Shown here: positions 1 through 6,658 of the stretch, piece after piece
Numbering within the stretch: the first letter of the stretch is position 1
Layout: the number at the start of each line of letters is the position of its first letter
From: a virus
Taxonomy: Duplodnaviria; Caudoviricetes
Reading direction: 5' to 3' (one strand)
DNA length: 42,962 nucleotides
IMG/VR virus record: IMGVR_UViG_3300017589_000041
Location: 1 to 42,962 of that record
Made by a program: the position numbers and the translations under genes
The notes under the pieces: generated by a model
What the model was told of the DNA's origin: nothing
Seen by the model: the letters and a program-made list of their open reading frames with translations, nothing else
Databases searched by the model: none

Positions 1-24
1 GAAACGTTGGAATATAAATTGTAG
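1..24 (+). CDS. probable C-terminal end of the intron-encoded reverse transcriptase/maturase (..ETLEYKL*), partial
   Basis: frame 1 is open to TAG at 22-24, which overlaps the start of DV, a usual position for the IEP stop; only 7 codons visible. Confidence 0.45.
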   Translation, partial: ETLEYKL

Positions 25-96
25 AGCCGTATACGAGACCCGTACGTACGGTTCAACGAGAGGGAGATAATACTAGCTATTATTTCTCTACTCTAT
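1..96 (+). mobile_element. 3' end of a group II intron (domains V and VI, 3' splice site), rest lies left of the window
   Basis: DV GAGCCGTATACG-AGACC-CGTACGTACGGTTC (24-54) with AGC triad and AC bulge; DVI stem 58-72/78-93 with a single bulged A at 90; ends ...CTCTAT at 96. Confidence 0.9.
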
Positions 97-1193
97 TTGT
101 CAATTTCAGTTCTCATAAAATCCAAATTATTTCTGTGAGTATATATTTTTTCCGTGATATCAGAACTCTCGTGTCCAACAATCATTTTTATTGCGTATTC
201 ATCAACATTACTATTTTTTGCTTTTGTAATAAAAGTGTGTCTCGTACAATGTGGGCTATAATCTTTTAAGTGAAGCCTGTCCATAACTTTGTTAAATCTC
301 CCCCTATACTTATCGTATGTCATATGTGTACCTTGCTGCCCGTCAAAATCATTAAATAAATATTCGCAATCTTGTGATTGTTCATAGTAGCTTTTAATAA
401 ATCCTTTAATTTTTGGATGAATAGGAATAGTCCTATCGGTGCCAGCTTCTGTTTTCATGCCACCCAGCATTGTATCGTTTTCAAGGTCAATATTAGCTCT
501 TATTAAAAGGGCTAGCTCCTGAGGTCTCCATCCGGAATAGATAGCGATTAAAATCATTTTTGCAAAACCAAAGTCTTTATTTTCCCAAATAATTTTTTCG
601 TCTTCTGGGCTAAAAGGTTTTTTAACCTTCCTTTCTTTGAGCATTTTCTTCTGTATGCCCTTCATGACAAAGTTACGTGCGGTATTTACAGTCACAATTT
701 TACTCTCTAATGCGTAATCATACATTAGGTTATATAGAGACTTCATTCTACTTTTCGTAGAAGAGCCAACACTTGCATCGTTAACAGCATCTTTCATGTT
801 AGTTATAGCAATAGATGTAAATATCATATCATGAAGGGGTTTACTATGATTATAAGCAGAGATATAACTTCTTTCAGTAGAACGATTAATTATTTCGTTA
901 TAATAGCGTTTTGACCATTCGTCATAGACATCTTTAAAAGTTAATGTATCAACATCTATATCATAGGGGTTTTCAAAATAATTATCCAGGGCATCACCTG
1001 CAGCATCCACCGAAGGAAAATACCCGATTGATTTTTGAATTTGTTTACGTCGTAATGTAATTTCATTAAATTCATATCCGGTTGTTACAAGTGCTTCAAA
1101 CGGATTTTTCCTATTTCCTGATAGCGCATGAACACATCCTGATCCATTCCATCTGCGCCTTTTTTCATTTTTCTTTTTTCTTCCTCTGGCCAC
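93..1193 (-). CDS. int: phage tyrosine integrase
   Basis: catalytic set R (SGWRPQEL), K (GMKT), HxxR (HCTRHTF), H (VGH), Y (KIYTH); N-terminal NGSG arm-binding-like region; stop codon lies inside the intron end. Confidence 0.95.
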   Translation of the reverse strand: MARGRKKKNEKRRRWNGSGCVHALSGNRKNPFEALVTTGYEFNEITLRRKQIQKSIGYFPSVDAAGDALDNYFENPYDIDVDTLTFKDVYDEWSKRYYNEIINRSTERSYISAYNHSKPLHDMIFTSIAITNMKDAVNDASVGSSTKSRMKSLYNLMYDYALESKIVTVNTARNFVMKGIQKKMLKERKVKKPFSPEDEKIIWENKDFGFAKMILIAIYSGWRPQELALLIRANIDLENDTMLGGMKTEAGTDRTIPIHPKIKGFIKSYYEQSQDCEYLFNDFDGQQGTHMTYDKYRGRFNKVMDRLHLKDYSPHCTRHTFITKAKNSNVDEYAIKMIVGHESSDITEKIYTHRNNLDFMRTEIDK

Positions 1194-1345
1194 ATGGTCT
1201 CCTTTCTAAAAATGGGTATAAAAAATACACCCAGTACATTATCTATATTAAAGGAATTATGATAAAGCTTGTCGATAGCTCCACCATAAGTTCCTAATCA
1301 TTACAGGCATAGTTTATTTATGTTTGCTTATTTGTGCTTTTAAGA

Positions 1346-1681
1346 TTATTCGTTTATATCGGACAATATTTTCTGAGCAAGTTTTAATTTTTCTTCTGGT
1401 GAAAGTTTATTTTTGCTACTTGTGTAAAATCTTAAAAACATATCGTATGTCATTTCACCCATATCACTTTTAACAAAACCATCCTCATTACCTGTCCTAC
1501 CTAAAAGATAGTCGGCAGATACATTGAAATAATCGGCTAGTTTTCTGAGCTTGTCTGAACTTGGGGCGGATTCTGCCATTTTATATATCGAACCGCGACT
1601 AAAATTAAGGTCTCTTTCAAGCGCCGATATTTTTACGTTTTGTTCATCGCATAATTTCTTGATAATATCAAAAATCTCCAT
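1346..1681 (-). CDS. CI-like XRE HTH repressor
   Basis: HTH motif (ISALERDLNFSRGSIYK...KLADYFNVSADYLLG); ATG at 1681 preceded by GGAAGGA; divergent from cro-like gene. Confidence 0.88.
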   Translation of the reverse strand: MEIFDIIKKLCDEQNVKISALERDLNFSRGSIYKMAESAPSSDKLRKLADYFNVSADYLLGRTGNEDGFVKSDMGEMTYDMFLRFYTSSKNKLSPEEKLKLAQKILSDINE

Positions 1682-1703
1682 TACAATCCTTCCAAACACT
1701 TTC

Positions 1704-1884
1704 CTGAAAAATTTACGCAAAAAAAGTATTGACATTCTGAATATTATACGTATAATAAAAGTGTGGTTACTGAATATTTTACGTAAATAACTAATGGCGA
1801 AAGTGTTTTATTTTATTTTCCTGAACAAAAAATAGTATAGAATATTTTCAGCACTATGTCAAGAAAAATATGTAAAATTTTCAG
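1704..1884. promoter_or_regulatory. lysis/lysogeny switch: convergent promoters and five operator-like 14-mers
   Basis: rightward TTGACA(1729)-16-TATAAT(1751); leftward TTGACA(1862-1857)-17-TATACT(1839-1834); related CTGAA...-type 14-mers at 1704, 1737, 1770 (+) and 1838, 1871 (-). Confidence 0.85.
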
Positions 1885-1903
1885 AACCGAAAGGAGGAAA
1901 TCG

Positions 1904-2113
1904 ATGCTTTACACAAAAATTAAAGAACTGTGCAAAAAGAAAGGAGTATCCGTAAGAAAACTTGAAATAGATTTGGGATTTTCGAGTGGAAGCGCATGCA
2001 AATGGGATGCCAGTATTCCATCATTTGATAGGATGACAAAAGTTGCAGATTATCTCTTGGTTCCACTAGATGAACTAAGGGAGAGTGTTGAAAATCAAAG
2101 CAACATTGCATAA
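1904..2113 (+). CDS. Cro-like XRE HTH protein
   Basis: HTH similar to the CI N-terminus; AAGGAGG before ATG 1904. Confidence 0.88.
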   Translation: MLYTKIKELCKKKGVSVRKLEIDLGFSSGSACKWDASIPSFDRMTKVADYLLVPLDELRESVENQSNIA

Positions 2114-2126
2114 GGAGGTTTATAAA

Positions 2127-2375
2127 ATGAAAATGACACAAACGGCTAGAGTTCCTGTAAATATTGCATCAGAATTACTTGGACTATCTATTGTATCGGT
2201 GCAAGGCGCATTGATAAACAAGGCATTACCTATTGGCGGAGCCTGGAAAAATGAAAATAGTACATGCTATACATATCATATTTCGCCACAGCAACTAGCC
2301 TTATATATAGGGATAACAAAAGAAGATATCGCTAAATTCTGTACAAATGAGAGTAAAGAAAAACAATGCAATTAG
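2127..2375 (+). CDS. small DNA-binding protein, excisionase-like
   Basis: TAAGGAGGT SD; winged-HTH-like sequence ending YTYHISP; follows cro. Confidence 0.55.
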   Translation: MKMTQTARVPVNIASELLGLSIVSVQGALINKALPIGGAWKNENSTCYTYHISPQQLALYIGITKEDIAKFCTNESKEKQCN

Positions 2376-2451
2376 AGTGGAAAACTAATAAGGGATAAGC
2401 AAAAAAATAATAGTAAATAAAATCGCTTAGGCGGTTAAGGAAGGACAAGCC

Positions 2452-2592
2452 ATGAGACAAGTATTATTTAATGAAAAAGAAAAACAGTACATGAATAAGC
2501 AACCAATAAGTACCTGGACCGAATTAAGAGAAGGAACAAGATTAATAATAAAGAGTGGAGAGATTGTTGGATTTGAGAAAGAAAATATTTGA
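2452..2592 (+). CDS. hypothetical protein (46 aa, MRQVLFNEKE...)
   Basis: AGGAAGGA SD; read by hand, below the ORF-track cutoff. Confidence 0.55.
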   Translation: MRQVLFNEKEKQYMNKQPISTWTELREGTRLIIKSGEIVGFEKENI

Positions 2593-2612
2593 GGATAGGA
2601 GGTAAATACATA

Positions 2613-2831
2613 GTGGAAGAAAACAAAAAAACAGTTGAAGCTATAGATCAGCACCAACTGGAAAAAGAGTATGAAGAAACACTTGCGAATGGAACTAAAA
2701 TAAAAGTTAAAATAAGCATCCAAGTTGAAAACTACAATAAAGATGATCTTCAAAATGTTATATCAGATTTCGCTGCAGATTCACGCAATTTTTATTTTGA
2801 ATTAGGGAAAGTGTTAATAGTAAGCTCTTAA
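2613..2831 (+). CDS. hypothetical protein
   Basis: AGGAGGT SD before GTG 2613; 3' end overlaps the convergent gene by 18 bp. Confidence 0.65.
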   Translation: MEENKKTVEAIDQHQLEKEYEETLANGTKIKVKISIQVENYNKDDLQNVISDFAADSRNFYFELGKVLIVSS

Positions 2832-3083
2832 CATTTCTAGTTTACCATTGTAAGAATCGTATTCAATGAAATTAATAACATAAGACTCATTAAAACTTGA
2901 TAGCACATCACCAACTTTAATATCAGATTCAATTAAAAAAGCAATATGTTTTCCGGATTCATCCTTGTTAGTAAATCCAGAATAAGAACCGACGGTGGAA
3001 GAGTTTCTTTTGACAATATATTCAGAACAATCAAAAGAAAAGTCGTCGAAAATAATTTTTGCAGGTAAGGAAAGAACACCCAT
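2814..3083 (-). CDS. hypothetical protein expressed from repeat copy 1 promoter
   Basis: AAGGAGG SD before ATG 3083 (MGVLSLPAK...). Confidence 0.75.
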   Translation of the reverse strand: MGVLSLPAKIIFDDFSFDCSEYIVKRNSSTVGSYSGFTNKDESGKHIAFLIESDIKVGDVLSSFNESYVINFIEYDSYNGKLEMLRAYY

Positions 3084-3102
3084 AAAGTACCTCCTTCTTA
3101 TA

Positions 3103-3158
3103 TATTCGGTATTAGAGTACCGTAAACACATTATAGGATAAATATGGTATATAAGCAA
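3103..3158 (-). repeat. cassette repeat copy 1 (leftward sigma-A promoter plus CGGTA-N6-TACCG palindrome)
   Basis: minus strand TTGCTT-17-TATAAT; palindrome spacer TTAGAG. Confidence 0.9.
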
Positions 3159-3261
3159 CAAGCACAACCAAAAAGAATAATTGACTCAATCGATACAAAT
3201 AAGATTAAAGATCTAATTGATTTTACAAATAATCGTCAGGAAATTGAATCAATTAGCAAGC

Positions 3262-3622
3262 ATCTTCGTATCAACACAGCCCTCCAGGAGAATGTCACAG
3301 TAGGTCTGACTGCTGTGCAGATTTATAAAAGTAAGAACACAAACCGTAAAGCTTTAATGATTTGAGTGACAAAGGTAATTGTCAGTTACCTTAAGGACAT
3401 CAACGAGCTTAGATAAATTCAAGTGCCTTGGTTCGTAGGTGCCGTTTAACCAGTGTTTAATTGTAGATTTTTTTACACCGGTGCACATAGATAGACCATG
3501 AACAGACAAAGAACGACTTTGCATCATATCCGCTAAGCGTGTCGCAAAGGTATCATTAAAAAAGAAGAAAAAGAAGAAGGTTATCACCCCCTTAACCTGG
3601 AGGGCTGTGCTGATGCGAAGAT
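3262..3622. repeat. 27-bp inverted repeat (3262-3288 / 3596-3622) enclosing an HTH gene
   Basis: ATCTTCGTATCAACACAGCCCTCCAGG versus CCTGGAGGGCTGTGCTGATGCGAAGAT, 25/27 complementary. Confidence 0.9.
3354..3587 (-). CDS. XRE-family HTH protein (start uncertain)
   Basis: FATRLADMM...VKKSTIKHWLNGTYEP...KLVDVLKVTDNYL pattern; N-terminal run of 7 Phe. Confidence 0.75.
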   Translation of the reverse strand: MITFFFFFFFNDTFATRLADMMQSRSLSVHGLSMCTGVKKSTIKHWLNGTYEPRHLNLSKLVDVLKVTDNYLCHSNH

Positions 3623-3647
3623 AGAATAGTAAAAGTTCATTTCATAT

Positions 3648-3742
3648 GTATTCGGTATGTCAGTACCGTAAACACATTATAGGATAAATATGGGATATAA
3701 GCAAAAAACAGAAAAAAGAAAGGAGAAAAAGTATTGTGAGAA
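3648..3742 (-). repeat. cassette repeat copy 2
   Basis: 57 bp identical to copy 3, 95 bp with 4 mismatches including the SD and start of the rightward gene; spacer TGTCAG. Confidence 0.92.
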
Positions 3743-3894
3743 AATATGATATTAGAATTGAAGTTCAAGAAGGTGAAGTCAAAAAGATACTAGACGAACT
3801 TAGTTCAGCACAGGAAAAGATTTTTGAATGCTACAACCGATTAGAAATTTTAGGAGTTATCACTATAAAGGAACAAACCACCAGCGATAACTGA
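3736..3894 (+). CDS. hypothetical protein (52 aa, MRKYDIRIEV...)
   Basis: AAGGAG SD and GTG start at the same repeat position as ATG 4191; read by hand. Confidence 0.7.
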   Translation: MRKYDIRIEVQEGEVKKILDELSSAQEKIFECYNRLEILGVITIKEQTTSDN

Positions 3895-3913
3895 TGGCTT
3901 GCTGACTTAGTCA

Positions 3914-4081
3914 TTATTTTTTTTCTAACTCATCAATAAAAGTATCGAAAAGTGCTGCAACATTATCAACGACTTTTTTGATATCGCCAACCGTGCAAGG
4001 GTCAGAAGAGCTACCAGAGGTGGGCTTGGAATAAAATTTAAAATGATGCACAACTTTTCGTAATTTATCAGTATCAATCAA
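3914..4081 (-). CDS. hypothetical protein (55 aa, MIDTDKLRKV...) expressed from repeat copy 3 promoter
   Basis: AGGAAAGGAG SD, TTG start; read by hand. Confidence 0.7.
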   Translation of the reverse strand: MIDTDKLRKVVHHFKFYSKPTSGSSSDPCTVGDIKKVVDNVAALFDTFIDELEKK

Positions 4082-4102
4082 TTTAATTTTCTCCTTTCCT
4101 AG

Positions 4103-4197
4103 GTATTCGGTATGTCAGTACCGTAAACACATTATAGGATAAATATGGGATATAAGCAACAAACAGAAAAAAGATAGGAGGAAAAGTATTATGAGAA
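4103..4197 (-). repeat. cassette repeat copy 3
   Basis: direct repeat of 3648-3742 at 455-bp distance. Confidence 0.92.
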
Positions 4198-4418
4198 TAA
4201 GCATAAAGAAAAATTTTCAATGTAAAACATGTGGAAGAGAGTATGGATGTCCGACATGCGGCAGACCTTACAAGGATGCAAAGGAAGCGGCAATCTTAAT
4301 TCAAAAAAATCTAGCTTCTGCAAAAAAAGAGTATTGTAAAGAATGCAAACCCAATTTCTTACATAAAATCGGAAAAATTACACAAAAATTGAAATTGAGT
4401 TTGCATCATAGAAATTAA
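4191..4418 (+). CDS. Cys-rich putative zinc-binding protein
   Basis: three CxxC motifs (CKTC, CPTC, CKEC); AGGAGG SD. Confidence 0.7.
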   Translation: MRISIKKNFQCKTCGREYGCPTCGRPYKDAKEAAILIQKNLASAKKEYCKECKPNFLHKIGKITQKLKLSLHHRN

Positions 4419-4438
4419 ATTTGGGAGGATTAGAATCA

Positions 4439-4894
4439 ATGGAAAAAACATTAGAACAAAACGTTGAATCAATGTTAAGTAAATTTGTCGCAAAGGTAGA
4501 AGAAAAGATGGAAAGAGAAGATTTTCAAACTGAAATGGTACATGAAGATATTAGAATCATGCACCATATCGTCAAAATAAGGGATGAACTAAAGATTGAT
4601 AAAGGCGACAAATTTTATCCCATTCAATTAGATGATTTTAGAAACAGTAGCTCATATAAAGAAAAACTATTATGGATAAAGTCTATAGGAGCAGAATTTC
4701 CAGAACCTATTAAGTTTATTTATTTCTTTGGGGAACTTGGTGGCACTTATAATCTTTCTGAGAGAGACGTAAATGCCACATCACTGGATGAACTAAAAAT
4801 GCAGTATGATCAAAACAAGATACATTCCCTAGAAGTTATTGCTGAAAGAAAAAGATTACAGGATGGTTTTCGTGCAGATGCTGAACATGAATAA
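4439..4894 (+). CDS. hypothetical protein
   Basis: GGGAGG SD before ATG 4439. Confidence 0.7.
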   Translation: MEKTLEQNVESMLSKFVAKVEEKMEREDFQTEMVHEDIRIMHHIVKIRDELKIDKGDKFYPIQLDDFRNSSSYKEKLLWIKSIGAEFPEPIKFIYFFGELGGTYNLSERDVNATSLDELKMQYDQNKIHSLEVIAERKRLQDGFRADAEHE

Positions 4895-4908
4895 TAGGAG
4901 GAATAAAA

Positions 4909-5154
4909 GTGATTGAAGTTAGTTCTGATTTATGCGAAAGAAGAAAAAAACAGAAAGAGTTAGAGAAGAATGAACAATCAGCAGAAGATATAGCAAAAAA
5001 CCTAATCCATAATTTAGTGCAGGGAGGATACACGATAAAAGAAGCTATATCTATCTCTGAGAAAACAACATTACTACTTAAAGAAACAAGAGATAAATTA
5101 ATTAAAGAAAAAGTAGATGAGATTGTAATCCCAGAGACAACAGAGGATTATTAA
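4909..5154 (+). CDS. hypothetical protein
   Basis: AGGAGG SD; stop overlaps the convergent gene stop (TTAA). Confidence 0.7.
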   Translation: MIEVSSDLCERRKKQKELEKNEQSAEDIAKNLIHNLVQGGYTIKEAISISEKTTLLLKETRDKLIKEKVDEIVIPETTEDY

Positions 5155-5366
5155 TCCTCCATAGTATCATATCTTTCAAGCTTTGAATATGCTTCATGAT
5201 ACACAATATCATAATAATCAGTTACTTTTTTAATTGTAACCAGATCATCTGTAGAATCTGAACCATGAAGCTTAACATCTAAATCATTCAAGTATTTAGT
5301 ACATAAAATATTTGCAATATTATGAGCGCCCAATTCAACATTTGCAGAAATTTTCATAGTTGTCAT
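5151..5366 (-). CDS. hypothetical protein expressed from repeat copy 4 promoter
   Basis: GAAAGGAG SD before ATG 5366. Confidence 0.75.
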   Translation of the reverse strand: MTTMKISANVELGAHNIANILCTKYLNDLDVKLHGSDSTDDLVTIKKVTDYYDIVYHEAYSKLERYDTMED

Positions 5367-5384
5367 AAAAATCTCCTTTCCTAT

Positions 5385-5441
5385 GTATTCGGTATTAGAG
5401 TACCGTAATCATATTATAGGAGATAAAGGAAATATTTACAA
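5385..5441 (-). repeat. cassette repeat copy 4 (diverged)
   Basis: GTATTCGGTA-TTAGAG-TACCGTAA..ATTATAGGA; minus strand TTGTAA-17-TATAAT. Confidence 0.85.
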
Positions 5442-5483
5442 GATAAACGGCACTACGAAAAAAAGAGGAAAGGAGAGCCATAC

Positions 5484-5693
5484 GTGGACGAGCCAAAAAA
5501 AGAATATACCTGGTTAGAAAAAGATATTCCTTTTCTAGAAGGATTACTTAAGGGACAAAAGGAACGCATGAAAGAGTTATTAGAGTTTTCACATGGAGTC
5601 ATCCATAGTGGAACAATGGATTGCAAACAATCAATAAAAAGATACGAAGACATTTTAAAAAGTCTTAAGGAGGATACATACCATGATAAATAA
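5484..5693 (+). CDS. hypothetical protein
   Basis: AAGGAG SD, GTG start. Confidence 0.65.
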   Translation: MDEPKKEYTWLEKDIPFLEGLLKGQKERMKELLEFSHGVIHSGTMDCKQSIKRYEDILKSLKEDTYHDK

Positions 5694-6312
5694 TAATAAT
5701 AGAGTAACAATTGTTGGACAAGTAATAGAAATGGAATTTTCTCATGAATTTAGAGGAGAGAACTTTTATAGGGTATGGGTATGTACAGGTAGATTGAGTG
5801 GAATCGTGGATACACTACCTGTTATCATATCAGAATTGCTATTAGAGTTAAGACAAGTTGGATTAGGCTGCAGTATTCAGGTCAATGGACAGTATAGATC
5901 TCGCAATAAGGATCACAAATTAAGTTTATATGTATTTGCAACAGAAATCTCTTTATGCTGCAACATGGAAGAAAACAGAATAATACTAAACGGATATATC
6001 TGTAAGCAGCCAATATACCGTCAAACACCTAGTGGAAGAGAAATAACGGATACGATGTTGGCCGTACATAGACCAAATAAGAAGTCGGACTACATACCAA
6101 TTATCTGCTGGGGAAGAAATGCTCTGTATACTAGTACATTATCGGTTGCTACTAATCTGATTATAGAAGGAAGGATACAAAGCAGAGAATATCAAAAAGA
6201 GATTAACGGTCAATGCATTATCAAAACAGCATTTGAAGTATCTGTGAGCAATATGACAGAGATTATTACAGAAGAATGCTCAGAAAGCCTACAGGAAAAA
6301 TCAAATGGATAA
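5683..6312 (+). CDS. ssb: single-stranded DNA-binding protein with two OB folds
   Basis: NNRVTIVG / NRIILNGYICK..YRQTPSGREI..DYIPIICWG..IEGRIQSREY motifs. Confidence 0.9.
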   Translation: MINNNNRVTIVGQVIEMEFSHEFRGENFYRVWVCTGRLSGIVDTLPVIISELLLELRQVGLGCSIQVNGQYRSRNKDHKLSLYVFATEISLCCNMEENRIILNGYICKQPIYRQTPSGREITDTMLAVHRPNKKSDYIPIICWGRNALYTSTLSVATNLIIEGRIQSREYQKEINGQCIIKTAFEVSVSNMTEIITEECSESLQEKSNG

Positions 6313-6505
6313 TAGCAGCTACACCGGAAAGAAAACAGAGGATGGGTCATTTTGGCTCGTAAAGTGTACAAGCTGTGGTTTTGAAACATGGAATACTCAC
6401 TATAGCGAAATCTGTTCAAAGTGTGAAGCTACAGCAATATGCATACCAGCAAGCGAGGAGAAACGAAACTGGGATGGAACAATAATAAAAAGCCAGTCTA
6501 ATTAG
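6305..6505 (+). CDS. small zinc-ribbon protein
   Basis: CTSC and CSKC motifs; overlaps ssb stop. Confidence 0.6.
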   Translation: MDNSSYTGKKTEDGSFWLVKCTSCGFETWNTHYSEICSKCEATAICIPASEEKRNWDGTIIKSQSN

Positions 6506-6583
6506 CAGTTAGACTGGCGATTCACAAAAATGCATATAAAAAAATTCATAACTAATTATAGCATATTTGTGGAGATTTGTCAA
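6485..6583 (-). ncRNA. putative ~65-nt antisense RNA with its promoter and terminator, upstream of rep
   Basis: minus strand TTGACA(6583-6578)-17-TATAAT(6560-6555) with TG extension; 10-bp hairpin 6492-6501/6509-6518 followed by a U-run on the minus strand. Confidence 0.7.
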
Positions 6584-6658
6584 AAAAATTAAGAAGACAA
6601 GTTCTTCTTTATCGTCCTAGTAATGGGTATTAACTAATCAACCTAAGGAGAGATCTTA

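Noticed and set aside
1-100. attL or a terminator at the left edge
   Set aside because: The hairpins are explained by intron DV and DVI; neither att site is identifiable in this window
3144-3365. 73-aa plus-strand ORF
   Set aside because: Starts inside the repeat promoter spacer with no SD and crosses the inverted-repeat arm; probably spurious
3103-5441. The four repeats as a CRISPR array
   Set aside because: Intervals are 455-1280 bp and contain genes; no cas genes in the window
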